A stretch of DNA of 64,000 bases from Minisyncoccota bacterium (GTDB lineage Bacteria > Patescibacteriota > Minisyncoccia > Phycocordibacterales > UBA1550), in contig JBAZWZ010000001.1 in NCBI GenBank assembly GCA_041660105.1, forward strand, positions 64,523 to 128,522, given 5' to 3'. Under the pieces are notes generated by a model, which saw only the letters and a list, made by a program, of their open reading frames with translations, had not been told where the DNA came from and searched no databases. The position numbers were made by a program, and so were the translations under genes. The first letter of the stretch is position 1. Each line of letters begins with the position of its first letter. Positions 20,345 through 29,359 of the stretch are shown here, one piece after another.

Positions 20345-20439
20345 GATTTTCTCCTAAACGTTAACTAAAAACCTACCTGTCCATCGTAGCATATTACGTC
20401 GCACTTGTCAATATCTGTATTCCTTGCTATTATTAGCCT

Positions 20440-20886
20440 GTGGCCCTTATTTCGAACAAAAAAGCACACTTCAACTACGAGGTACTCGAGCGCTATCAGG
20501 CGGGTATCGAGCTTTTGGGTCCTGAAGTAAAGGCGCTACGTGCCACCCATGGGTCCTTAGAAGGCTCCCATGTGACCGTGCGTGGCGGAGAGGCATTTCT
20601 TATTGGCACGACCATAAACCCCTACCAAACGGGAAATGTGCCCAAAGGCTATGAGGCAATGCGTAACCGCCGCCTCCTCCTCACCAAGGACGAGATTGCA
20701 GAGCTCGGCGCACAGGAATCTAAGAAGGGATTGACAATAGTGCCTCTTTCAGTGTATAATAAAGGTCACAAACTCAAGGTGGAAATTGCAATTGTCCGTG
20801 GCAAAAAAGAGCACGACAAGCGCGAGACGATTAAAAAACGTGAAGCCTCGAGGGATGTGATGCGTGATATAAAGGACTTAAGGTAG
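20440..20886 (+). CDS. smpB: SsrA-binding protein SmpB
   Basis: NKKAHFNY, AGIELLGPEVK, RRLLL, GKKEHDKRETIK; next to tmRNA. Confidence 0.97.
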   Translation: MALISNKKAHFNYEVLERYQAGIELLGPEVKALRATHGSLEGSHVTVRGGEAFLIGTTINPYQTGNVPKGYEAMRNRRLLLTKDEIAELGAQESKKGLTIVPLSVYNKGHKLKVEIAIVRGKKEHDKRETIKKREASRDVMRDIKDLR

Positions 20887-20921
20887 GACCTTCGCGCAAG
20901 AGAACTTTGACAATTAGACGT

Positions 20922-21194
20922 ATGCCCTATTTTGTTTATATCCTTATGAGTGAGAAAGATGGTCGCCTTTATGTTGGTTGTACTCACGAAATTGAACAAC
21001 GCATCAAAAGACACATAAACGGCCTCGTTCCAGCAACTTCGAAAAGGCGACCTCTCGTGCACATTCACACTGAAGAATTTTCCGACAAAACAGAAGCTTT
21101 TAATCGTGAGAGATTTTTGAAAAGTCTGTGGGGAGCACGAGAGAAAAAGAAGATCGCTCAGGGATATATAAATAAAATAGGACATACGTCCTGA
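20922..21194 (+). CDS. Small stand-alone GIY-YIG nuclease family protein
   Basis: YFVYIL..LYVGCT..RIKRH..E..A..RERFLK. Confidence 0.9.
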   Translation: MPYFVYILMSEKDGRLYVGCTHEIEQRIKRHINGLVPATSKRRPLVHIHTEEFSDKTEAFNRERFLKSLWGAREKKKIAQGYINKIGHTS

Positions 21195-21195
21195 A

Positions 21196-21304
21196 ATGTT
21201 TTATGGCTAAACCGTTTTGTTTACAAAACGGTCGCCCGAACATTTTGAAGAAATTATGTTTTATGGCTAAAACAATTTGCTACCGCAAATTGTTCGCCCG
21301 AACA
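21196..21304 (+). repeat. Two structured direct repeats ATGTTTTATGGCTAA-[10-bp stem-loop]-CGCCCGAACA
   Basis: Copies at 21196-21242 and 21256-21304 with identical flanks and different but fully paired inner stems. Confidence 0.85.
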
Positions 21305-21327
21305 AATTTTTTCAAAATTTGTTTTAG

Positions 21328-21737
21328 GGGGATGACCGGCCTAGACAGGCGGTTCCCTCTTCCAAGTGCTATGCCGAGAATGCTCGAGACCTCGTAAACT
21401 TTCGAGCACCAACCTAGTTGCAAAAAACAACCTCGTTGCAAAAGCCAAGGCTATCGTATCACCATATTTTGGTGCTAACGCCTTCGCTCCTGCTTACGCT
21501 CTCGTAGCCTAAACAGCATGCGCCCTCGACACGCCCACAAGGCGAGATGCGCGTGATATACCAAAGTGGGCTCATTGCTTTGAATGTCTCTACAAAGTGA
21601 AACACCATAGAGAATCGACAGTTTGTGATTTAGGATATTTTATACACAAACTGTCTAAACCCAAAAGAAGTATCCTATGCATAGTAGACTCTCTGAAGAG
21701 CATCGTCTGCACGGGGGTTCGATTCCCCCCATCTCCA
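21328..21737 (+). ncRNA. ssrA: tmRNA
   Basis: GGGGATG/CATCTCC acceptor with G3.U70, GGTTCGATTCC T-loop, tag ORF 21420-21512 after TAGTT ending YALVA; downstream of smpB. Confidence 0.95.
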
Positions 21738-23289
21738 CATCGTGGGAGTTTGTACATACAAACTCCTCAAAAAGTCTTACAGCACTAGGGAGGTTATCGG
21801 TTCGATAGCCTTCCTTTTTGCTATATGCCAACTTTTCTTCAAAAATGAAAAAATAGAGTCTTTGTTTTTCAAGAACATCAACGGAGTTCCATATCTTGTA
21901 TGGGCTTTCAAGTAGCCCGACGACTTTCTCTACTGCGGTTCGATAAGGGATCGACAAGTCGAGCGCATCAACGCTAACATGATTTAGACTTTCTAATTCA
22001 GTGGCAATATCTTCAAGTTGTTTTTCGTATGCTCTTTTTACTGCTTCCTGTTTCGCACCAATAACCAAGTCTGTTAGTTCTTTAATCTTTGTCTCGAGAC
22101 CTTGTTTGTATTTCTGCTCAGTCGTCTCTGCTTTACGAATTTCTCCAACTTCTTCACTCCAAACGCTATCAAAAACCTTTCTTACAACCAAACCAACTTC
22201 TCCTCGCAAGCCCTGCTTCTTCAAAAGAGCCGAGAATGCACTTTCCATTTTCTCTTTCTTTATTGATTTACCTTTCTGAGAACAAGAAGTGTTCTGGCAG
22301 AAGTAGTACGGGTATTTTTCATTTCTTCCTTTTGTCCACGCACCCGTAAGAGGCTTGTTGCATTCAGCGCACACATGAAGACCACGCAGTGGAAAGTCTT
22401 CTGAGATATCCATGCGTATTCTCTTATTTAATCCTTCGGACTTTAGCCTTCTTTGATTTGCTTCATATGTTTCTAGCGAGATTATTGCTTCGTGGTGCCC
22501 CTTCCTTCGTGCAACTTCCCACTGAGGGTATTCTATAAATCCAGCAAAAAACGGATCGGATAGAATTGCGGAAAACTTATCAATATACCTTTCGGCAGAC
22601 TGTTTCCCCCAAAACTTATTTTTAACAAGGTATCTACAAGCATCAATCTTCCTAACAAAGACACCAGTCGAAAAACCTTCTAATGCTGTCTTGAGTAATA
22701 CTGCTTCCGTTTTGTGAGGGACGGCAAACTTGCCATGGAGAGGGTCATCGATTATTGTGTATCCCTTCTTTCCACCAAACGTCCAGTACCCTGCATCAAG
22801 ACGGGCTTTCATTTTCTGAACAACTTGGCGTTTATTCTGTTGCCTTTCAAGCTGACCTTGAGCAGCAAGAATTGTTTCAACAAACTCACCCTCTGCTGTA
22901 TCTTCAAAATTGAAATTAAGACACTCTGGTTTTACTTCACGTCCCTTTAGTGCTGTTCGCAATTTAATATGCGCCTGAGTATCCCTCGCAAGTCGTTTCA
23001 AATCATCAAAAATAACGACAAATTGCGTGTGTGGTTTTTCATCAAGGTATTTTATTAACTGTGCCATTGCTGGGCGATCCATAAAATCGCCTCCGCCAGT
23101 AAAACTATCCCTAAATACTTTCTCAACAACATAACCTTGGCGAGATGCGTGTTCACGACAACGTTGCTCCTGCCCATCCAACCCGTGCCCCTCAACTGCC
23201 TGACGCTCAGAAGAGACACGACAGTAGATAAGTGCTCTTTCGTATTTACCATTACTTTTCCTCAGGATACTTTTATTTGCCTTAGTCAT
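21655..23289 (-). CDS. Large serine recombinase (integrase); last 26 aa encoded antisense to tmRNA
   Basis: IYCRVSS catalytic Ser, DDLKRLARD, recombinase domain, Zn ribbon CAEC..YYFCQNTSC, coiled coil. Confidence 0.95.
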   Translation of the reverse strand: MTKANKSILRKSNGKYERALIYCRVSSERQAVEGHGLDGQEQRCREHASRQGYVVEKVFRDSFTGGGDFMDRPAMAQLIKYLDEKPHTQFVVIFDDLKRLARDTQAHIKLRTALKGREVKPECLNFNFEDTAEGEFVETILAAQGQLERQQNKRQVVQKMKARLDAGYWTFGGKKGYTIIDDPLHGKFAVPHKTEAVLLKTALEGFSTGVFVRKIDACRYLVKNKFWGKQSAERYIDKFSAILSDPFFAGFIEYPQWEVARRKGHHEAIISLETYEANQRRLKSEGLNKRIRMDISEDFPLRGLHVCAECNKPLTGAWTKGRNEKYPYYFCQNTSCSQKGKSIKKEKMESAFSALLKKQGLRGEVGLVVRKVFDSVWSEEVGEIRKAETTEQKYKQGLETKIKELTDLVIGAKQEAVKRAYEKQLEDIATELESLNHVSVDALDLSIPYRTAVEKVVGLLESPYKIWNSVDVLEKQRLYFFIFEEKLAYSKKEGYRTDNLPSAVRLFEEFVCTNSHDVEMGGIEPPCRRCSSESLLCIGYFFWV

Positions 23290-23311
23290 GTTCTTAAGCT
23301 ATTTACTATTT

Positions 23312-23590
23312 CTATTTCTTGATGAAGCTATGTAACTCGTTCCTTACTACATTCCTACAGAGAGCTTCGATGTATTGCAACCTCTTTATGATTTGCTCAT
23401 CGGAGCTCACATCATCAGAAAGCAATTCACGATACTTTTGTATACCCACTATAGTTGTCGCTTCTCTATTTTGTTCCGAATTAGTTTTATAGTCAACAGA
23501 AGAAAATCTTTCAAGAGAAATTTCTTGTTTATACTCTGCCTCCGCATTAGGCTTGTCATGTTCTGTATTTGTCTTTTTAAGTACCTCCAT
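23312..23590 (-). CDS. Small hypothetical protein directly upstream of the integrase (candidate directionality factor)
   Basis: GGAGG SD, 92 aa, helical C-terminal half; function inferred from position only. Confidence 0.6.
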   Translation of the reverse strand: MEVLKKTNTEHDKPNAEAEYKQEISLERFSSVDYKTNSEQNREATTIVGIQKYRELLSDDVSSDEQIIKRLQYIEALCRNVVRNELHSFIKK

Positions 23591-23668
23591 ACGTATGTAG
23601 GGGTAATAAAATATCCTTCCCCATTAGGGGAAGGATATCAATAAGGTCGTTTGCAAATGTTTGCAGAC

Positions 23669-24397
23669 TTATTCTTTTTTTAGATATTGAGGATTAATAT
23701 TTATCTTTTTTGTCGTGTGTTCGATAAAATCCTGTATTCCAGTAGCAACTTCGATTGTAGTATTCAATTTATACGCTGGGTCGTAAAATCTATTTTTAGG
23801 GATATCACCAATATCCATTTCAGCTCCCTCCCAATCTTCTACTAATTCATCGGTAGACCATACTTTATATGGATCTTTTATAAGTGTTGCGAGTAAACGT
23901 ATTTGATTATTTTCTGAACCAATTCTTTTCCCTAATATAATCTGAGTGCCACCAATAGTAAGAATTCCCCGCTCTGAGTCAAAGCCTTCAAAATATGGAA
24001 TTTTTATTTGCTGGTTAATTTCCTCTAGTAATCCAGCGTGAAACAGCCTTGTTGCTGAACGTGCATATCGCAAATCTGAAAATGTCATCGGAAACCCATA
24101 TTTTGAGGGTCTCCCTACGAACATACTGTTCATATCTGCCCACACTATATCTATTGGATTATAATTTTCATCCCAAACTTTCCTTAACCCCTTATATAAA
24201 TTGAAGATAGTAGCAATAGTCATTGACGGTTTATTTGTCATTACTTTTCGTGCTTTTGTCTTCAAAAATGGGGTGTCCTCAATATACTGCAGGTAGTCCA
24301 TAAGCCCAGCAAGAAAATCCTTTGCGGTTTCATTTTTATAAAGTAAATCAAATTTAACTTTTAATTCTTCTATTTCGGTTTTTTCTTGAGAGTACAT
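23669..24397 (-). CDS. Hypothetical protein with probable C-terminal winged-helix domain
   Basis: FDSERGILTIG..RLLATLIK..WSTDEL..LN..I pattern resembling OmpR/CadC-type wHTH. Confidence 0.55.
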   Translation of the reverse strand: MYSQEKTEIEELKVKFDLLYKNETAKDFLAGLMDYLQYIEDTPFLKTKARKVMTNKPSMTIATIFNLYKGLRKVWDENYNPIDIVWADMNSMFVGRPSKYGFPMTFSDLRYARSATRLFHAGLLEEINQQIKIPYFEGFDSERGILTIGGTQIILGKRIGSENNQIRLLATLIKDPYKVWSTDELVEDWEGAEMDIGDIPKNRFYDPAYKLNTTIEVATGIQDFIEHTTKKININPQYLKKE

Positions 24398-24408
24398 TGC
24401 ATTAGTAC

Positions 24409-25269
24409 TTATCTTGCAGGGTTAATATTCATCGACTTTATATTTTGCTCTCGATTACGACGCTTCTGTCCTTCATCCTCAGCTAACACCTGTTTTATAA
24501 CGCTTATATTTTTATTCTCCAACATTAAAAGAAACTTTTCCAGCATATCGATACTCACAACATCAATAAGAAAATACTCATTACGTCCCACTCTGTCTTT
24601 GTCTACATATGCATAGTTTATTTCTAGTTGAAACGGCTCAGTTATCTGCTCTACTTTTTCTGTCCCATCATCCATATTTGTACAATAAAAATGGTCGAAG
24701 GAATTTACTACTATTATTGGGTACGGTACGCGACGAAGGACATTACTATTTCGTGGATCCTTTGGGAAAATGTCATTTCTGCCTCTGTAATAGACTAGCG
24801 CATTAAGATTTTGATTAATTGCCTTATTCATCAATTCACTATCCTCATTGCGACTTTTCTCAGATGAAAACAATTTTGCCACAGGGACGTCATCAAGATA
24901 ATGTAACTGCATAATTCTAGTATTCTTTCTAGGATGCTCCATCCCTGTATCCACCATTGTTCTTTCTATCGCCCTAGAGATATTTTTATTATCAAACCAA
25001 AAAATTGTATCCCCATTGATATACTTACACTCAATAAAAAGTTCAATGTTTAATTCTCCCAGGTGGTCGTTGAGATACTCATTTACATCAAATTCCTTCC
25101 TAGCGATAATATCAATTTCGCGTGGCTTATCAGTAAAATTATCGCTGTAATATGGGCTAACTAGAGCTATCCACTCTTGATGACGGAGAAGGTTCACAAC
25201 CCGAGAATGAAAGCCGTTACCACTTTTTTCCATTATCTCTTCAACTGCTGTTTTCTTTTTTCCTGTCAT
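24409..25269 (-). CDS. PD-(D/E)xK nuclease-like protein
   Basis: SG.GF helix, SPYYSD, REIDIIA ... IECK. Confidence 0.65.
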   Translation of the reverse strand: MTGKKKTAVEEIMEKSGNGFHSRVVNLLRHQEWIALVSPYYSDNFTDKPREIDIIARKEFDVNEYLNDHLGELNIELFIECKYINGDTIFWFDNKNISRAIERTMVDTGMEHPRKNTRIMQLHYLDDVPVAKLFSSEKSRNEDSELMNKAINQNLNALVYYRGRNDIFPKDPRNSNVLRRVPYPIIVVNSFDHFYCTNMDDGTEKVEQITEPFQLEINYAYVDKDRVGRNEYFLIDVVSIDMLEKFLLMLENKNISVIKQVLAEDEGQKRRNREQNIKSMNINPAR

Positions 25270-25952
25270 TATATTTTTTTAATCTTAAAATGCTCGGAGA
25301 ACATAGTCTCTTCGTCCGGAGCCCACCCACCATCAATTTCTATACTAAAACGGTTAATTACTGGTTCAGTATTCTCGCCTGTAATAAGTATTTCAAATTC
25401 GTAGACTCCTGTGGGTATAACGTTTGAAAACTTTTCGATCTGTGGGTCTCCAACATTATTAGTTGCCACATTTAGAACCCACCCACCACCATCTTTATTA
25501 TCACAGTAAACGCCTATGTCACAAAATCTAACTGTTCCCTGAGCAAAGTCAGCTCTTATCAATTGCTCTTTTCTCTTGCCACTCCATAAAAGATTTGCTG
25601 GCAAAAAATGTGGCCACACCTTCTTAGCAGAACCCTCTAGTGTCCATATTTTTGAAACAAAGACCTCAATATTTTTTGCAGGCTTTCCTCCTGTGTGTTC
25701 AACTCGAAACCTAATATCTGCACTTGTAAAAATATCTTCATATCTTTCATCCATGATACCCTCCCAATCACAATCAACAGAAAAACTATAGATAGGATCC
25801 AAAGACACATCAAACCGAGCTTTATTATTCTTTGGCTGCCACCAGTCTTTATAAAATGCATAGAACAAGGAAAAGAGAACCGCTCCAACAGTTCCTATTG
25901 CAGTAAGTATATCAGTTAAAGACGTCTGGTTTGAAAAAATAATTGTTGTCAT
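25269..25952 (-). CDS. Single-TM protein with beta-rich soluble domain
   Basis: LTAIGTVGAVLFSLF TM segment; stop overlaps the next start by 1 nt. Confidence 0.65.
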   Translation of the reverse strand: MTTIIFSNQTSLTDILTAIGTVGAVLFSLFYAFYKDWWQPKNNKARFDVSLDPIYSFSVDCDWEGIMDERYEDIFTSADIRFRVEHTGGKPAKNIEVFVSKIWTLEGSAKKVWPHFLPANLLWSGKRKEQLIRADFAQGTVRFCDIGVYCDNKDGGGWVLNVATNNVGDPQIEKFSNVIPTGVYEFEILITGENTEPVINRFSIEIDGGWAPDEETMFSEHFKIKKI

Positions 25953-25960
25953 ATTCTTTT

Positions 25961-26572
25961 CTATATTCTCCCCTCCTTTGCACTCCGAAGCTCCGACAGT
26001 GAGAAAACAGATTGCTTGCTTACCACCTTATCTTTCTTGCCGTAAATCTCAGGCATTAGACGCTCAGCGAGAAACATGGCTGTCTTCATTTTCACTTTAA
26101 GGAGCTCTGGGTTCTCTTGGAGAATAAGGGAACCATCTTCTTTCTGTATTACTTTCCCAGACCTATCTCGAAGGGGGATATCAGTCCTAAGCTTGATGGT
26201 CCTATAAAAGTGTTTTTCAAGTTCACAGAGCATTCTTTTCTTCTTTTCCTCATTATTTCTAGTGCGATAAGTCTCTCGAGCCCTATCCAAAACATCACGT
26301 AAAACCTCCTCAGTTTCTGGGATTATCGTCCCACGCTTAACCCAGCTATTCACTGTATTAGACGATAAAATACAGGCTTTATAGCAACCCTCAACCTGAA
26401 CCATTACCTCTATCTTTCCTGATGGAGGGAACAGAGATTTACCAGAAAGTATCAACTGCATTAGCGCACTAGCGACTTCTTTAGACAGGGAAACATCCGA
26501 ACGTTGACGCATGTTGTTCCCCCTTATTGTTGCGGGCTTCAAGCCGTTTTTTGCTAGGCTTTTCACACCCAT
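25961..26572 (-). CDS. Terminase small subunit-like protein
   Basis: HTH-like SNTVNSWVK, LDRARE helix, C-terminal AMFLAERLMPEIYGKKDKV resembling TerS ends. Confidence 0.5.
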   Translation of the reverse strand: MGVKSLAKNGLKPATIRGNNMRQRSDVSLSKEVASALMQLILSGKSLFPPSGKIEVMVQVEGCYKACILSSNTVNSWVKRGTIIPETEEVLRDVLDRARETYRTRNNEEKKKRMLCELEKHFYRTIKLRTDIPLRDRSGKVIQKEDGSLILQENPELLKVKMKTAMFLAERLMPEIYGKKDKVVSKQSVFSLSELRSAKEGRI

Positions 26573-26691
26573 ATTTTACCATATTTCAACACTCTCCCCT
26601 ATCCAACTTCCGCTTTAAGAGAACCGTGCCGTACAGGGCTTTTTGAGCCCATTTGAAGGCATTCCCTCAGTACACCTAGAGAGCATCTAAC

Positions 26692-27165
26692 CTACAAGAC
26701 TTTTAAGCAATAATTCATCCCCTCGCTTTGTGTCTTAAACTTTCGCCAAGACCCATCTTCAAAAATGCCATAGTACCCAGAGCTTGCCGTTCCTCGATAC
26801 TCAACCCTCTTTAGACAATTTACTTCGCCAACTGTCTTGTCGTCATATATTACCCACGCAAGTAGTACAATAAAAATGGTAGCCATAATTAACAATATTT
26901 TCTTTTTTCTTCCTGCTTTAGGCGCTTTGTTGATAGGATCCGCACACTCTTGTTCTTTATTCCCCGTAAATGGGAAGAATGCGAAGAAAAGCGCAAAAGG
27001 ACCCATGGTCAACGCAAGTGGTACCATGTCCGCAAAATCCATCAAATACAGAACAGGAACACAAAGAAGTAACACGACTCCGTACCCAAACAAAACTAAA
27101 CTTATGGGGTGTTTGTCGCCAAACCATTCGTTCATTTTCTTCGTAAATTTAGTGCTGATATTCAT
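26692..27165 (-). CDS. Three-TM membrane protein
   Basis: Hydrophobic segments; C-terminal domain with a Cys pair. Confidence 0.65.
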   Translation of the reverse strand: MNISTKFTKKMNEWFGDKHPISLVLFGYGVVLLLCVPVLYLMDFADMVPLALTMGPFALFFAFFPFTGNKEQECADPINKAPKAGRKKKILLIMATIFIVLLAWVIYDDKTVGEVNCLKRVEYRGTASSGYYGIFEDGSWRKFKTQSEGMNYCLKVL

Positions 27166-27244
27166 AGTTTATATTTTAACTGATATGACAACTATAGTTG
27201 GTAGAATGATAACTGTCAAATATCTATACTTGAGCTTATACGCC

Positions 27245-27454
27245 ATGTCTCAAGTAATCATCAAAAAATTCAGCAAAAAACTCCGAGAGGAGCGCCTGAA
27301 CCGTAATCTCTCACAAGAGACTCTCGCCCAAAAAGCGAAGTTAAGCCGCAACTTTATTGGTATGCTCGAAAGGGGCGAACGAAATGTTACCATTTCAGCC
27401 CTTGAGAATATCGCACGTGCACTGAATATGGAGCCTTGGGAGTTGCTGAAATAA
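27245..27454 (+). CDS. XRE/Cro-C1 HTH regulator (controller-protein-like)
   Basis: LREER..LSQETLA..LSRNFIGMLERGERNVTI..LENIARAL; true start at MSQVII. Confidence 0.9.
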   Translation: MSQVIIKKFSKKLREERLNRNLSQETLAQKAKLSRNFIGMLERGERNVTISALENIARALNMEPWELLK

Positions 27455-27696
27455 CAGCATCCTCGTTAGCTTACGGTTGACAATATCCATTAAACAGGTA
27501 GTATGCGTGATTACAGAGAGAATAAGTTATGCACAGCCACTACTCTATACAGAGAAGTCATACTGCTGGTATAATAAATGTAATTGATTGAGGGTCGAGA
27601 AATATCTCTTATTTTGATTAGGGGGGATTTCCCAACCCTTGAGTTGGTAAAACAAAAGCTCCCCTTTCGGAGAGCAATTGTTTTTGAAGATTTTAC

Positions 27697-27867
27697 TTAG
27701 TCGGTTTGATCTTCCAGCAAATTGTCGTCCTTGGAGCTTTCCTCGGGCGGCTTTTTGCTTTTATACTCGTCCATTGTAAATGGGGGTGCCCAACTTCCGT
27801 TGAAGTGTTGACACCAGACTAAACCATGTTTGAAGTCTGGACGGCAAAATGCGAATTTCGTGTTCAT
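27697..27867 (-). CDS. 56-aa protein with WCQHFNGSW motif
   Basis: Homologous to 30724-30873; followed by terminator-like hairpin at ~27649-27685. Confidence 0.7.
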   Translation of the reverse strand: MNTKFAFCRPDFKHGLVWCQHFNGSWAPPFTMDEYKSKKPPEESSKDDNLLEDQTD

Positions 27868-28328
27868 AATGAGCATTAATTCTACACTTATATTTTTAAT
27901 TTTTTCTCTTACTCGATCGCAAGATGCTTGCATGCCAGTGTGCGCATGTAGGGTAATTCTAGATATTGCACAGTATCCAGACAAACAAAAACTCGTACAT
28001 CAATAAAGCGACATCAAGAGTTTAAGGCAGTTCATTGAACAGCATTATTCTCTTTGATTGCTACATCAAGATTTCTCTTGATGGCGCTTTACTAGGTACG
28101 AGTTTCTGTAAACGATTAAAACTTATAATGCTAATAATGAAGCTTTCTTAAATACACCTTGATGTAGCTCCTATATTATATTCCACCGAGCAACAAAGTG
28201 CAAATCAATCAGAGCAGAACACCACAAGAACGACAAAATGTACATAGTCGGACTAGGGTCATTGGTGTGGCTGTTTTGAATTACTGATATACTCTAGGTA
28301 CCAACGCGTATTAATCGTAATCCAAACA

Positions 28329-29051
28329 ATGAGTAACGCAACAGAAAAACCATTCGGAATTAGAGGTACCCTTTTCCCAAAGGGTACCTTCAAGGACGTA
28401 TCAAATGATATACTCCACAACGACATGCTTATCTCAATTCATGATGAGATTATTGAGGTTGGATTTAATATAGAAGAAGACAGGACACGCGCCGAAAAGA
28501 TTGCTCGGGATTATATTGCATCCTGGTCGTTTCGTAACAATACAAAAGCTACATCGGATTTTTGCCAATCTTGGAAGCCAGACGTCAACGGTAATAAAGT
28601 TATAGAACTAAACCTACACGAGGATCTTGGGGTGAGTGACCACCACATAGTGACAACTACTGTTACAATAAAAGGATTAAGTTACGTAATTAAACCACTG
28701 GGCGACAGCTATAGTTTCGAGAACGACGCAGATATACTTAATAAAAAAAATGGTGATGAAACTTTGTCTTTGGTTTTACAATACTACCACAATGAAGTAA
28801 TGGGGGCAGACCGTCCAAAAGTTGGAGTTTATAGAATTATAGAAAAACTCATGCACGAGGTCGGTGGCGAGGAACCCTTATCAAAGATGGTGGGGGAGAG
28901 CAAGAAGTATGTCAATGAGATAAAGCAATCGACTCAAGAACATCGACATTCTTTAGGATTAGCAAACGGAGCAAAAGCAATTATAAGCCAAGAAGAGTGC
29001 ATCAACAGAACTAGAAAATTAATACAAGCATACATTGATAGCCTAATCTAA
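28329..29051 (+). CDS. Hypothetical protein, possible C-terminal HEPN-like domain
   Basis: Helical C-terminus YRIIE...QEHRHS...LIQAYI; weak family call. Confidence 0.6.
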   Translation: MSNATEKPFGIRGTLFPKGTFKDVSNDILHNDMLISIHDEIIEVGFNIEEDRTRAEKIARDYIASWSFRNNTKATSDFCQSWKPDVNGNKVIELNLHEDLGVSDHHIVTTTVTIKGLSYVIKPLGDSYSFENDADILNKKNGDETLSLVLQYYHNEVMGADRPKVGVYRIIEKLMHEVGGEEPLSKMVGESKKYVNEIKQSTQEHRHSLGLANGAKAIISQEECINRTRKLIQAYIDSLI

Positions 29052-29062
29052 AAATGTAACTA

Positions 29063-29341
29063 TTAATTCAAGCGATACTCAACTCCCCTCTCTGGGATTT
29101 CGGGGTATTCAGGATGATTTTCCCGAACATCACTCCACTCAACCGCATCAAGCACAGCATTACCGTGACAATCATCATAGGGGCAAAGCTGTATCGGTTC
29201 TTCTCCTCTAAATACTTCTTCGGGCTTTTGCAACTTATATTCCTTACAAGGATACGCGCGTTCACAGTGAATACAATAAAGATATTCGCCATCTTTACAT
29301 TCACAGTCTTTTAACATTTTCTCTCTGTCGGTTTTAATCAT
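29063..29341 (-). CDS. Small Cys-rich putative Zn-binding protein
   Basis: CIHCERAY..CPYDDC, YPEIPERGVEY. Confidence 0.75.
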   Translation of the reverse strand: MIKTDREKMLKDCECKDGEYLYCIHCERAYPCKEYKLQKPEEVFRGEEPIQLCPYDDCHGNAVLDAVEWSDVRENHPEYPEIPERGVEYRLN

Positions 29342-29359
29342 ATATTTATTATTTACTAT

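Noticed and set aside
19468-20410. Classical integron
   Set aside because: No tyrosine integron integrase in the window, no consistent RYYYAAC/GTTRRRY ends seen, and the modules have their own promoters.
21196-21304. Mini-CRISPR interpretation of the two repeats
   Set aside because: The variable parts are themselves palindromes, there are only two units, and no cas genes are present.
26837-27244. Long N-terminal extension of the XRE regulator given in the ORF track
   Set aside because: It is the antisense shadow of the membrane gene 26692-27165. The HTH protein begins at ATG 27245.
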